Notes: generated from the letters alone by a model not told the origin. DNA of 61,980 bases from a virus (IMGVR_UViG_3300026290_000012:1-61980); one strand, 5' to 3'. Counted from the first letter of the stretch, positions 19,595-29,988 are shown. Numbers and translations: made by a program.

Positions 19595-20959
19595 TTATTC
19601 TTCACTGGGATATTTCATTCCATTATCAGTAGGTTTTCTACCCTTTCTTCCACGCTTCAAAAGTTTAATAGTATTATCTCCATTGTCACGCTCATCTTTC
19701 TCAATCATTTCCTTCGGGAAACCTAACGATACACGCAGTTCAGGTTTGTTGATCACAGACATCGTGTAAGCATCAAGTAAATCTCCAGGCTGCACAGCAG
19801 GTTTCGAGAGTTCTTCAAAGACTACTCTGATGTCATCGGGGTTCTTGCCCATTGCAATAGCACGCTGTTTGATGATACCACCATCATCATTCAGGATACT
19901 CATGATCTTCTTCTGCAACCCTTCGAGCACCACCAACCTATCTGCCTCAGACACATATCCTGCTGCATACGTGGTTCCTTCCGCTCTACCCATTGTAAGA
20001 GGTGCCTGGAGTAATCCTACCTGAATATCAGTTTCAAGACTTTCCTTAAATCCTGTGACGTTGATGTTACTTCCACCAGAATCTAACTGCTTGATGTCAA
20101 ATCCTGCACCAATAATATCCTGGTTCTCTTCGATATACTGATGCTCATCACTTAATTCCTGCATGATTTCCTGTGCCTCTACCATTGAAATATCACCGGA
20201 AGCAAGCATATCACCAAGAATACGGTAATCAATGAAGTAACGTCCAATTCCATACTTCTTAATGTATTTCGTGTAACCTTCAACGAGATCAAGATATTTA
20301 TAGATAAGATCCTCAATAGGAGTAATCAGAGAAGTGCCGTAGATACCATACGTTTCTCTACCAAGAATATCTCTGAACGTGTAATCATTTGCACAGAATG
20401 AACCATACATAACCTGATCAGGACGATAAGAACCTGCTTCTAAATCATTAAGGTTGCCCCTTTCATTGACATAAAAACGATTAATTGGAGGGGTGAGAAT
20501 AAAAGTAACATCTGTACTACCCTTTGTTACACCACGTGGAACAATGGTAGTTTGCGACATGAGTAGGGGTTCAAATCCCATTTTATCAGGATTCTTAACA
20601 TTGTTATAGAGTCCTACGTAAGTCCCATCCCTACACAATAATCGTGCAAGAGTCTGTGTTTTCTCCTCGAAATTAATTCTATCTGACCACTTTTCAAAGT
20701 TCTTTACAAGCGATGATTTTCCCTCAAATCTAATACCCTTTACAAGCGTAAGAGCAAGTTTCTGAAGCGGAATGAACACATGAGGACTTGTAAGCGAAAG
20801 TTGCCGATACAGATTGAATTTGTTGGTTGTATCGAAATTTCTGTAAGCACCCGCTTTGTATATTGTATCCTTACGCTCTATTCCAGTAGAGGCAAAAACC
20901 TTTACAATTTTAGATTTCTTTCGTTCTAAATCTATTGCTGCATTTGTTGTATCAGTCAT
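19595..20959 (-). CDS. putative portal protein
   Basis: 454 aa, located between TerL and MuF, helical with portal-like size. Confidence 0.6.
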   Translation of the reverse strand: MTDTTNAAIDLERKKSKIVKVFASTGIERKDTIYKAGAYRNFDTTNKFNLYRQLSLTSPHVFIPLQKLALTLVKGIRFEGKSSLVKNFEKWSDRINFEEKTQTLARLLCRDGTYVGLYNNVKNPDKMGFEPLLMSQTTIVPRGVTKGSTDVTFILTPPINRFYVNERGNLNDLEAGSYRPDQVMYGSFCANDYTFRDILGRETYGIYGTSLITPIEDLIYKYLDLVEGYTKYIKKYGIGRYFIDYRILGDMLASGDISMVEAQEIMQELSDEHQYIEENQDIIGAGFDIKQLDSGGSNINVTGFKESLETDIQVGLLQAPLTMGRAEGTTYAAGYVSEADRLVVLEGLQKKIMSILNDDGGIIKQRAIAMGKNPDDIRVVFEELSKPAVQPGDLLDAYTMSVINKPELRVSLGFPKEMIEKDERDNGDNTIKLLKRGRKGRKPTDNGMKYPSEE

Positions 20960-20963
20960 ATTA

Positions 20964-23486
20964 TTATCTCCTATTTATACCAATCATGAATTTACGTTTA
21001 CCGCGCTTTCCTTTCTCCTTAAACACCGCACTCTTGTTAATCGTCATTCTTACAAGTCCTTCGAGTGCATCAGGAGCATCATCGTGTTTGTGAACCGGGT
21101 ATCGCACTAATTGATTAATCAGTTCAGGATACGCTTCAGTCCAATCATCACGAAACAGGACTTTGCCTGATGTAACAAACGGTTCAACAGATTCAATACG
21201 AATCCGTTTCTTCTTCTGATTCTTAATTTCTTTAATTTTCATGCGCTTACGCATGTCTTTGATTTTATCATTGCGTTCTTTAAGGAATTGAGAAATAAGA
21301 CTCTGGAAACCGTTTGTTTCGATTCCAAGTTCTTCACAATTATAAAAGTTGTAATAATACACCATCTTCTCAATAGAAACATTTGGCGGTGATGTATTAC
21401 TTAACCAACAATCACGCACGTAAAGAACATGGTCTTTGATTGCACCTACTATAATAACGCAAAAATCATTTTCGTTACCAAGTGCCGGATCAACATAGAT
21501 AACATGCCTACAATCCTTGAAGTAAGGATTCTGTGCACGTTCTTGAGGCATTTTCTTTTCAGTGTAATATTGCAAGTTCTCCAGTTTGAATAACTGTGTC
21601 TCAGAGGGTAGCGGTTGGTTTAAATACTGACTTGAAAACTCTACTGCACCTTTCTCAATGCGTAGTGCCTGAATCTTTTGCTCGTTATAAATTGAAGGAT
21701 ACTTTGGATTACCATCTTTATCTACAATGGAATCAATTTCAATATCATAACGCATAAAATCAGGCAATTTTGGATTCTGCTCAATGATTTCGCCGTATAA
21801 TTCTGCGTCGGACCATCTGGTACCTATTACCATTAAAAGACCATCAGGCTCCAAAATGGAGATTAAATCTTTATACCAACGCTTCTTCTGCTCACGAATA
21901 GCAGCAGACTCACGATCTGCGTTATTACAATTTCCTAAAAATACAGTTTTATTATTTCTCCTTACAAATAAAATATGATTAGGAACTTCAACACAATATA
22001 CTTTACCATCGTAATCTGTTTTATACCAATGACATTTTCTTACTTCAGTTTCATTTGTCCCTGGTGATAATTCATGAACCAAATAACATCTATGTCTAAA
22101 TTTTTTACTTTTTGAAAAAGGATTTAAACGCATTCTACTACTAAGTGATGCACATCTTCCTATTTTCAAAACTAACTCTTGTAAGTCATTTGCTAAATAA
22201 GGTGAAGATGTATAATATTCACGATACCCATATTTCAAATATCCATCACCAAGAAAATAACCATTTAAAAAAATATCTATTTGTCTTGGTGATAGGTCTT
22301 TAATAAATTGTGGAACTTTTTTATTAAAGGATTTTGTTCCAAATTGAGCAAGGTATGTTGCTAATTGCGTTGAATGAATTGTGTAATAATTTCTATTACC
22401 ATCCTGATGTGTATAAACTTTATACTCAAAGGGTAATCTTTTAAATAAATCTTCTATAATTTTACATTGTTCTTGATTGACTGTAGGTGATTGACAAATG
22501 CTTACACTATTATAATTTTTTCCACCTCTTGAACTTATATGGCCTTCTGAAATATACCAACCAAGAAATGCAAGAAAATCATCCATCTTAATTTTTACTT
22601 CATCTCTTTTAGCACCATTACCTAAAACCATTTTTGGTAATACAAATGTATCTATTTCTTTACCTTTCCAAACACCACTTTTTTGAAAATAGCCATTTAA
22701 TCCATAAATTTCTTCTGCTGATTCTAACTTATAATCATGTATTGGTGCTGCTCTTCTAAACCAATAATTATGATCAGGTGTTGTAAGAATATCAAGAAAC
22801 TTTTGTTTAACCCCAATCATTTCACCTTTGTAATCTTTCTCAATGTAACGTATTGGTTTTTGATATTCAATTTCATTAGTTTTAGGATTTAATGTAGCGA
22901 CAAGATCAATACCCTTCTCTAAATCCTTAAACAACTTCCAGCCGTTATCTGTAAGAATCTCCGTTTTATCATCATAACATACATCATCACATATGATAAT
23001 ATCATAATGTTCTGACGTTAAAGCAGCAAGAGCACCACGCGCCTTAAGGTTTGGTTCTTTCTTTATAATACGTGGATTTAAAATAATTTCTTGCTGATTC
23101 TCTCTTGTAATGGGATTATCATTTCCAAAGTCAGCAAAGAACTGTTTAATATTTTCATTCTTTGTTAACTGTTCCTTGATTTCAGAAAGAATCTGCTCTG
23201 CTAAGTCATTGGTAGCAGATGTAATGAGAATACGTAAGGTGAACTTTCCATCGTGTTTTACGTAATCATCAAGTAATCTATCAATTACAAAAGAAACATC
23301 ATAGATAGTAGTCTTATAAGTTCCACGCGGTTTCAAGCGCATGATACGTTTGTGAGTCTTGATTGCTTCTTCAAGGTTATCGCACCACTCTTTATGAACA
23401 TCCTCAGTTATTTTCTCGTAACCAAGCATGTATTTTGCAATATTGAAAAGAGTGAGGCGTTTACCATGATAAACAATATTCGACAT
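20964..23486 (-). CDS. terL: terminase large subunit, intein-containing
   Basis: PRGTYKTT Walker A, IIICDD Walker B, VIGTRW, YVDPA, HDDAPDALE nuclease motif. Confidence 0.93.
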   Translation of the reverse strand: MSNIVYHGKRLTLFNIAKYMLGYEKITEDVHKEWCDNLEEAIKTHKRIMRLKPRGTYKTTIYDVSFVIDRLLDDYVKHDGKFTLRILITSATNDLAEQILSEIKEQLTKNENIKQFFADFGNDNPITRENQQEIILNPRIIKKEPNLKARGALAALTSEHYDIIICDDVCYDDKTEILTDNGWKLFKDLEKGIDLVATLNPKTNEIEYQKPIRYIEKDYKGEMIGVKQKFLDILTTPDHNYWFRRAAPIHDYKLESAEEIYGLNGYFQKSGVWKGKEIDTFVLPKMVLGNGAKRDEVKIKMDDFLAFLGWYISEGHISSRGGKNYNSVSICQSPTVNQEQCKIIEDLFKRLPFEYKVYTHQDGNRNYYTIHSTQLATYLAQFGTKSFNKKVPQFIKDLSPRQIDIFLNGYFLGDGYLKYGYREYYTSSPYLANDLQELVLKIGRCASLSSRMRLNPFSKSKKFRHRCYLVHELSPGTNETEVRKCHWYKTDYDGKVYCVEVPNHILFVRRNNKTVFLGNCNNADRESAAIREQKKRWYKDLISILEPDGLLMVIGTRWSDAELYGEIIEQNPKLPDFMRYDIEIDSIVDKDGNPKYPSIYNEQKIQALRIEKGAVEFSSQYLNQPLPSETQLFKLENLQYYTEKKMPQERAQNPYFKDCRHVIYVDPALGNENDFCVIIVGAIKDHVLYVRDCWLSNTSPPNVSIEKMVYYYNFYNCEELGIETNGFQSLISQFLKERNDKIKDMRKRMKIKEIKNQKKKRIRIESVEPFVTSGKVLFRDDWTEAYPELINQLVRYPVHKHDDAPDALEGLVRMTINKSAVFKEKGKRGKRKFMIGINRR
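21930..22979 (-). mobile_element. intein (350 aa) with LAGLIDADG homing endonuclease in TerL
   Basis: Starts CYDDKTEILTDNGW directly after Walker B; LGWYISEG and FLNGYFLGDG motifs; ends VYCVEVPNHILFVRRNNKTVFLGN before Cys+1. Confidence 0.93.
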
Positions 23487-23971
23487 TATTCATCTGGAAT
23501 ATACTGCACCCAGGCAGGAACAATGTGTTCAACCTTATCAACAATCTCACCGTCAAGACGCGCTTTCAGCAAAAGGAGTTCACGCTTTTCACGTAAGAGT
23601 TTTGCATGAGTAGGTGTGTTTTCCTTACCCTCTGTAATCATCCTACGTTCAAGTAAATTGATCTTAGCAAGTTCCTCAGTAATAACATCAACATTCTCAG
23701 AATCCTTAATCTTCTGAATCTCACTATCTAAATCAGTTTCAGCAGATTCATCATATTCAAAAAAGATATGTTCACGATGTAATTTAAGATCCGCAACATC
23801 AACAAATATACCATCTGCTTCAAGTTTACTCTTCAGTTCATTGATGGGAATACTTGCCGTAAAAAGAATCGGGTCAACTACTGTACTTAAATCTGGATTC
23901 TGACAAAACACACAACCCTTTACATTTTTATTGGAAACAATTTTGTCTCCAACTTTTACACCCTGTTTCAT
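23486..23971 (-). CDS. putative terminase small subunit
   Basis: Directly upstream of TerL; N-terminal CxxC..H and helical C-terminus. Confidence 0.55.
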   Translation of the reverse strand: MKQGVKVGDKIVSNKNVKGCVFCQNPDLSTVVDPILFTASIPINELKSKLEADGIFVDVADLKLHREHIFFEYDESAETDLDSEIQKIKDSENVDVITEELAKINLLERRMITEGKENTPTHAKLLREKRELLLLKARLDGEIVDKVEHIVPAWVQYIPDE

Positions 23972-24095
23972 GTAAGATACCTCGAAAAATAGTTAATAAT
24001 AAATAGATAGTATAATATCTAAAAATACTACTATTTAAATGTTTCGTATAAAAGTGGGAAAAAGTTAAGAGAAGTGTAAGAATAATAAGAAAAAG

Positions 24096-24311
24096 TTAAT
24101 AATTTAAATAAAAATTACCATATTCATCAAAACTCTTTTCTTCAATACTAATATCTTCGGATAATTTTACAAACTTTTCTCCATCAAACTCATAATTCCT
24201 ATCATCAATAGAAATAATTGCACCAACATTATTAGAACAATTATAACCAGTTGAATCTTCATATATCTCAATAACCTTTGCAATAATATTTAACATCTCT
24301 TGCTCGTTCAT
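24096..24311 (-). CDS. hypothetical protein (71 aa)
   Basis: GGTGA RBS, operon packing. Confidence 0.55.
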   Translation of the reverse strand: MNEQEMLNIIAKVIEIYEDSTGYNCSNNVGAIISIDDRNYEFDGEKFVKLSEDISIEEKSFDEYGNFYLNY

Positions 24312-24321
24312 TACTCATCAC

Positions 24322-24477
24322 CTAATGATAAATTAAACAAACATCTTCACCAAAATTATCAGGATCACATACTTCTAAACAATCAGCAGACCAAAACCAT
24401 GTATCACTTACTCCAAAATAAACAGGTAGGTTAGGATTAAGTTCTTTTAACTTTTCAATTAATTCACCTACATTCAT
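24322..24477 (-). CDS. small protein MNVGELIEKLKELNPNLPV (51 aa; not in ORF track)
   Basis: Translated manually; GAGGTG RBS; fills the gap exactly. Confidence 0.6.
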   Translation of the reverse strand: MNVGELIEKLKELNPNLPVYFGVSDTWFWSADCLEVCDPDNFGEDVCLIYH

Positions 24478-24480
24478 CTT

Positions 24481-24792
24481 TTACACCTCTGACTCATGCC
24501 CACATGCATAACATCTGTAGCCAACAATCAATATTTCAGTAGCGGTAGTTGAACCCCAGGGATGTGACTCATAGATTAACTTGTAGTCCTCATATTCGAG
24601 TTTTGCACCACAATCACTACAGTAGTCCATGTAGATACTGGTAGTGTAAACATCACCATTTTCTTTTAGATAGTGATTACCACATTTCAGTTGTTTACTA
24701 CCCGCTACAACTGGAACACCATTCTCTTTTATTTCCTTACGTAGTTCTGCTATAGACTGCCCACAGCACTCACAAAATAATGGTTCATACAT
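24481..24792 (-). CDS. Zn-finger hypothetical protein
   Basis: Three CxxC pairs. Confidence 0.65.
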   Translation of the reverse strand: MYEPLFCECCGQSIAELRKEIKENGVPVVAGSKQLKCGNHYLKENGDVYTTSIYMDYCSDCGAKLEYEDYKLIYESHPWGSTTATEILIVGYRCYACGHESEV

Positions 24793-24962
24793 TACTCATC
24801 CCTCACACAAAACGTATGCAATGTCTCATCCTGCCAAATCTTCTTCAAGTAGCAACTATTACAGATCCTATCCTTCTCATCTGCACATGAAAAAGGAATA
24901 TTTGCATCCTCTTCTGTGGTTTCATATGACCCACCACATACTTTACATGTAGTGATAGCCAT
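24792..24962 (-). CDS. small Zn-finger protein (56 aa; not in ORF track)
   Basis: Manual translation MAITTCKVCGG...ICNSCY; stop overlaps the next start. Confidence 0.6.
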   Translation of the reverse strand: MAITTCKVCGGSYETTEEDANIPFSCADEKDRICNSCYLKKIWQDETLHTFCVRDE

Positions 24963-24964
24963 GT

Positions 24965-25441
24965 TTAATCCCTTACTGTGTATCCAAATGGAACCTTACC
25001 ATCAATGATAGACTGCCAACGTGCCTTTACTGATTCATCGGCATATGTTATCTCACAAAGATTTTCTCTTGCTTGTTTTCGTATCCAATCCCATGTTCTC
25101 TTGTCAATAGTAGTAAACTTATAATCAAACATTGGATAAAGCATTTCTTCATATTTAATAAGACATAATGGTTTATTCTTGCAACCACATCCCCAATTCT
25201 GTATATACTCCCACATGACTGCACTTGATTGAAATCCAGTAATACCATGATACTTTGACATTACCCAAGATGCAGCGAGAGCAGCAGCATTTGTAGCATA
25301 AATTACAGTATCATAATTATGTGAATACTCATTCAGCATTTTGATAAATGCAGGTAGTGTTTCTACCGTCTGCTTTTCTGCCTCGCTATACCATGCATCT
25401 CGTAGTGCAAACAACTCTTCATTACTCATATCCTTTGACAT
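24965..25441 (-). CDS. hypothetical protein (158 aa)
   Basis: First gene of the minus-strand block, with a TATA-like element upstream. Confidence 0.65.
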   Translation of the reverse strand: MSKDMSNEELFALRDAWYSEAEKQTVETLPAFIKMLNEYSHNYDTVIYATNAAALAASWVMSKYHGITGFQSSAVMWEYIQNWGCGCKNKPLCLIKYEEMLYPMFDYKFTTIDKRTWDWIRKQARENLCEITYADESVKARWQSIIDGKVPFGYTVRD

Positions 25442-25569
25442 GGATATAGTGTAGGAGATTATAGTATATAATTATTTTGAAAATGAATTGTTATGTAAGT
25501 AACGTGTAAGGACAGTATCATAATATATTATAATATTATTATTACTCTTGTCTTACCTGAAGATCCATA

Positions 25570-26005
25570 TTAGTAAGAATCATGTAATGAATATGTATAC
25601 TACTTTCTTACCCTATTCTTACAGGTGTAAGATGGTCATTACATGACATGCAATTTCATAAGTACTGTACAAGTACTATGTACAATAGATTTGCAAATCT
25701 ATTATCAGTAAGAATTATCATTACACTTGTCCTACAAGAATCTCATTACAAGTAGGATTTCATAAGTACTGTACAAGTACTGTACAAATCTTTTTGCAAA
25801 CCGATTTGCAAATAGGTATAGGGTAAGAATCATGTAATGATGTGTATTACGCTAGTCTTACATGAAATGGAATTTCATAAGTACTGTACAAGTACTATGT
25901 ACATTACTATATGTACATTATATATTTCTTACATGTAATGATTATCAAAATATAATAGCGTGTAATAACATCATTACACTATCATTACACTTGTCCTACA
26001 AGAAA
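25570..26005. repeat. nested direct-repeat block (iteron-like)
   Basis: ATTTCATAAGTACTGTACAAGTACT x3 (25653, 25757, 25872); GTAAGAATCATGTAATGA x2 (25573, 25823); TATCATTACACTTGTCCTACAAGAA x2 (25716, 25980). Confidence 0.85.
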
Positions 26006-26228
26006 TTCAATACCACGAAACATTGGCATTGTTAGACAAAACTGAAAAAAGTGTGAATATAGTCAATATTCGCAGATTTTGAAAAAAAATCGATACCACT
26101 GGCTATAATATATATAATATTCCTTTGCTATTTTATTTATTAGTAACTAATAGTATATAAAGGTTTCTATTCTATCCTAAGAGTAACTTGCACTTAGAAA
26201 GGAAATGAAAATGTACGAAAAAATAACA

Positions 26229-26380
26229 TGTGACATGCACACTACAATCAAATTTTTACCTTACTTCTTTATAAAGAAACATGCCAAGTTTAGACCTATC
26301 TTTTTACGGACGATGTTTTATACCTCTGTGAAAGTTAGGGTGAAAATAATGCAGTTTTACTCAAAGATTTAAAGAGATTC
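26229..26380. repeat. dispersed ~125-bp non-coding repeat, copy 2
   Basis: 26328-26366 matches 28849-28887 at 37/39 nt; 26267-26303 resembles 41351-41387. Confidence 0.8.
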
Positions 26381-26388
26381 AAAAAGTG

Positions 26389-26598
26389 TTATAAGTAGAG
26401 ATGTTTATTCTGATTCTTGTAGACATTCACAATCTTGTGTCCATTGTCACTTTGCGAGTCTACATTAATCAAGTGTAGAAGATCCTCATAACTTACATAG
26501 AGTTTCTTACCGTTCATGTTAAGTTCAACAAATTCTTCACCATTGATATACTTCTTTGTCGCTTCGCCTACTTTTCTAAAGTCAGCCAACGTAATCAA
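26389..26598 (-). CDS. hypothetical protein (69 aa)
   Basis: GAGGTTGA RBS-like sequence upstream. Confidence 0.5.
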   Translation of the reverse strand: MITLADFRKVGEATKKYINGEEFVELNMNGKKLYVSYEDLLHLINVDSQSDNGHKIVNVYKNQNKHLYL

Positions 26599-26636
26599 CC
26601 TCTGAATAAGAGGTTAGGTAAAAGGGTATAAAAAAG

Positions 26637-26867
26637 TTATTGATTTGGTATTTCGACAACGCGAGCATTCTTGTTACGCAAATCGATGTATTTCTGATGG
26701 TCAAAGTTCTTTTGCTCGCTCATACGCTTGTTTCCAAAGGCGAGCATGATGTAGATCAGGATGTCGTCGCCCTCAAGATTCTTGGGAATGGAGTAGGTAG
26801 CGCGCACTCCATTCGAGTATTCTACAGTTACATCCTTTGTCTTACGCACTTCTAATCTTGGGGCCAT
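26637..26867 (-). CDS. hypothetical protein (76 aa)
   Basis: Abuts the stop of the upstream gene. Confidence 0.55.
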   Translation of the reverse strand: MAPRLEVRKTKDVTVEYSNGVRATYSIPKNLEGDDILIYIMLAFGNKRMSEQKNFDHQKYIDLRNKNARVVEIPNQ

Positions 26868-27473
26868 TCACTTCACCCTCACGCGAGTAATCAGGGTTTC
26901 CTTTACACCCTCATATGTTTCATGTCCCTTGACTTTACCACGCAGGTTGTAACGCTTTCCTGGTTCAAGTTTCTGCTGCGTTGCATACCACTTGAAGATG
27001 TTGCCCTGTTCGTCAGTCATTATGTAGAGGTAGGTTTCTCCATACTGATTAGGGATCACTTCCATGCTTTTGACATCAGCGGTTAGTGACAACATATTTC
27101 CTACCTGACCCTGCCATTCGGAAGGTTTCATTTTCTTATTCTCAAGTGCGCTTGTGTTCTGCACCTCGATTTCTTTTTGGGGTTTTGCTACAACTTCAAC
27201 AGATTCATCGCGCATGTTGCAGATGGTGTTGAATGCGCTTGAGTCCAGTAATTGAATGATATCAGGCTCAATCGCCTTGATAATCGCTTCGATTTCAACC
27301 ATGCGCATAGGTTCATTACTCATTCCATTATTCACTGGCAGTTCAATCTCTCTTACGACACGCATTTCGGATGGTTCTGCCGCAAAGATTGATGCAAGTT
27401 CATTCATTCGCTGAAAGCCTTGTTCAAAGACCTTCAAATTGTTCTTCGGAATTAGGTATGTTTTGGTTGGCAT
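26868..27473 (-). CDS. protein with C-terminal OB-fold-like domain
   Basis: GQVG..L....YG...IMTDEQGNIFKWY..GKRYNLRGKVKGHE.Y.G.KETLITR pattern; start taken at ATG 27473. Confidence 0.6.
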   Translation of the reverse strand: MPTKTYLIPKNNLKVFEQGFQRMNELASIFAAEPSEMRVVREIELPVNNGMSNEPMRMVEIEAIIKAIEPDIIQLLDSSAFNTICNMRDESVEVVAKPQKEIEVQNTSALENKKMKPSEWQGQVGNMLSLTADVKSMEVIPNQYGETYLYIMTDEQGNIFKWYATQQKLEPGKRYNLRGKVKGHETYEGVKETLITRVRVK

Positions 27474-27554
27474 GAGCGTGTATATACCACGAAAGTATAA
27501 ATAGTTTTTGCAGTTCAAAAAAACTTTATAACTCTACAAACAAAACAAGTAAGT

Positions 27555-28205
27555 ATGACAATTTTGAGCATGAAACATCGTAAGGTGATTGAAGATGAAC
27601 CCACACTTGACCAGGAAACGGTTGATGCACTCAAAGCGTGGGTTAACGAGCATAAAGGGCCTGAAATGGTAAGGATGTTGGATGATCTAGGTTGGTTTGA
27701 ATTTATGCGTCCATCGCCCTACATATTCTTTGGTATCTATCATAGGGATCTTAATCCAAGCACGATTGCATTAATGCTTAGGCATATCTTCTTATATAAT
27801 CCCAAAGTTTTATTTTACATAGCGCGGCGTGACATCACTTTCAAGCGTAAGGCAATCGCTAAGACTGACTTTATAGAAGTCATTATGGAAGAGTGTCGCG
27901 TGTGGAAATACATTTCAGGGGAGTTAATTGATATTTTGATCGGTAGTGAGTTTGATATTATTATTGCAGATAGGGGCATTCAACTACTCCGTCCACGCTG
28001 GATGAGTAAGGAAGAGAAAGTAGAATTTAATGCTCGCCTTGTGCAGTTACGAAAAGAACTTTACGGAAACGCTTACGCAAGCACCAGGGACGATGAAGAT
28101 TTTGCTGATGACTCGATTAAGAATAGAGAAGTGCATGAAGTGTTTGCACTCTTTGAAGATGAGATTGAAGAGTTAAAGAAGAATCCGAAAAAAACTTTGG
28201 ATTAA
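27555..28205 (+). CDS. hypothetical protein (216 aa), divergently transcribed
   Basis: Long ORF; GAAAGTATAAATA BRE/TATA upstream (about 27494-27506). Confidence 0.7.
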   Translation: MTILSMKHRKVIEDEPTLDQETVDALKAWVNEHKGPEMVRMLDDLGWFEFMRPSPYIFFGIYHRDLNPSTIALMLRHIFLYNPKVLFYIARRDITFKRKAIAKTDFIEVIMEECRVWKYISGELIDILIGSEFDIIIADRGIQLLRPRWMSKEEKVEFNARLVQLRKELYGNAYASTRDDEDFADDSIKNREVHEVFALFEDEIEELKKNPKKTLD

Positions 28206-28749
28206 TACTCTTACCTTTTTTAAAAAAATTTTAAAAAAACTTTAAAAAAACTTTGACTTTCTGAAGCGTTATTTAGGAAAAAAAGAAAAGGCAAGGTGGC
28301 CTTTTATGCGTATTTTTAACTGTAATGTTGTTATATTGTATTGGAATTACACGTAAAGACGCCAACCAAAACGTGTAATAGATCCCGAACCATGAGGAAG
28401 TGAGGCACAGCCGAATGTGGGCATACATGAGATGCAACGTAATTTCCATTCAGATTTTGTGTAATCACCTCGTAGAAATTAGTAACATCACGGATGAACG
28501 TGAAGGAGATTTCTTTGTAAGAAATTACATGGTAAGTCATGTGATCGTTGTTCTCCGTGGTGTTCTATATCTTATGTTGTCGCGTAAATATTTATACTTT
28601 TTGGTTTCACTACTTTCCTTACACTGGATAAAAGAGGAAACAACTTGTAAGGAAATGGGTGTATGTTATGTGTGTTGGTGTGTGTGACTATTTTCTTACG
28701 TGATACTTCTTACCCCGAGCATCGTGTAAGAAACAGTAGCGGAAACCTA

Positions 28750-28890
28750 TGTGACATACCACGCCACAATCAAAAAATCATATCAAACTCATGCGGTTTT
28801 TGATGGTTTTAGAGGGGTAACTTACAAAAAAGGTATAAACATACCACCGTGAAAGTTGGGGTGAAAATAATGCTGTTTTACTCAAAGGAA
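28750..28890. repeat. dispersed ~125-bp non-coding repeat, copy 3
   Basis: Shares blocks with copies 1, 2 and 4. Confidence 0.8.
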
Positions 28891-29018
28891 ATCGCTTCTT
28901 TTTTCTAAACCCACAGAACTTGATTTGAATTTTGAAAACTCACCGAATACCCCGGAAAGTGCCAAACTCGGGGCAACCCTAACCCCTTTCCTCTTTCCAG
29001 GATGTCCAGGTGTGTCAA

Positions 29019-29591
29019 CTATTGTATATCTTTGTTCATCGATGCACTTTTTTCGACATTAATGTATACATTTGAACATTGATATCCAGGGACGAACATT
29101 GATGATAGTTTGTGGTATTTTCGCTCATATGAGTAATAAATCGGAAAGTGCTTTTCCATCTCAATAATGGGATGGGTGCTCATGACCATTACGGCACAAT
29201 TATCATGATTATACATTTTTGAAAAATGGGTATCCACTTGGAGAATATAGGTAAGTGTATGGCTATGCTGATCTACTATGTCGTCCGATGTGGCATTGTA
29301 GTATCCCGGCATCCCGGTATCCCTACTAGATACCTGATAGAGCACTGACATATCAGTATAGGATAATGCGAGTATCGCGCGATCAGAAACAGAGAGCGTT
29401 CTAACCGTTTTTGGTGTATCAATCTCTTTGATTTGTGCTTCTTTTTCTAATCTCCTCAAATTGAGCATATTTGGATAGTGAATATACCTCCGTATCGTGC
29501 GTATAATCAACGATCTTGTATCGGTTAAGGGTAAAGTATCACCTGTAAAATTGATGCGCTTAAATCGCTTACAAAACGGTGATACTTTCAT
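29019..29591 (-). CDS. possible hypothetical protein (190 aa)
   Basis: ORF length only; atypical composition and no clear RBS. Confidence 0.3.
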   Translation of the reverse strand: MKVSPFCKRFKRINFTGDTLPLTDTRSLIIRTIRRYIHYPNMLNLRRLEKEAQIKEIDTPKTVRTLSVSDRAILALSYTDMSVLYQVSSRDTGMPGYYNATSDDIVDQHSHTLTYILQVDTHFSKMYNHDNCAVMVMSTHPIIEMEKHFPIYYSYERKYHKLSSMFVPGYQCSNVYINVEKSASMNKDIQ

Positions 29592-29789
29592 TACATACTA
29601 TATTGGTTCTGTGCGTATATATAGATAGTAGAGTATCTATATGAGGAAAGGAAAGGTATTAAATAGTTGGATAGTTATATGAGATTGAAACGTCTAATTT
29701 GGGTTTCGTTTGATGATTTGGCGTTATGTGTGTCGTTTTTCCGTTTTGCTTATGACATTTCGATAGGTATTTATACTCTTGAGATAATC

Positions 29790-29985
29790 TCTTAGTATCC
29801 CGTGGATACCCTAGTATGTGGATAGGGTACGACGTAGGCAAAACCGGAGCGAAAAGCATTCCAGTCTTTTACCTGTAACCGACATGTCATTACATGGGTC
29901 GCACAAGGTTTCAAACAAGAGGAAATGCTGAGTAGTGCATGTAATACTCTAATGCATATGCAAGCGGTATTGCCGGTATACAAAT
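29790..29985 (+). ncRNA. putative structured leader/ncRNA upstream of the early cluster
   Basis: TATTTATA at about 29769, followed by several nested hairpins. Confidence 0.35.
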
Positions 29986-29988
29986 AGT

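Noticed and set aside
28215-28255. Three phased TTTAAAAAAA tracts
   Set aside because: Directly follows a stop codon in AT-rich DNA; most simply a terminator or low-complexity region.
28331-28687. Overlapping ORFs 28331..28540 (-) and 28400..28687 (+)
   Set aside because: No RBS, atypical composition, mutually overlapping; coding status unsupported.
29828-29870. Resemblance to a c-di-GMP-I riboswitch (GGCAAAACC..GAAA)
   Set aside because: The downstream conserved GACGCAAAG segment and receptor stem are missing.
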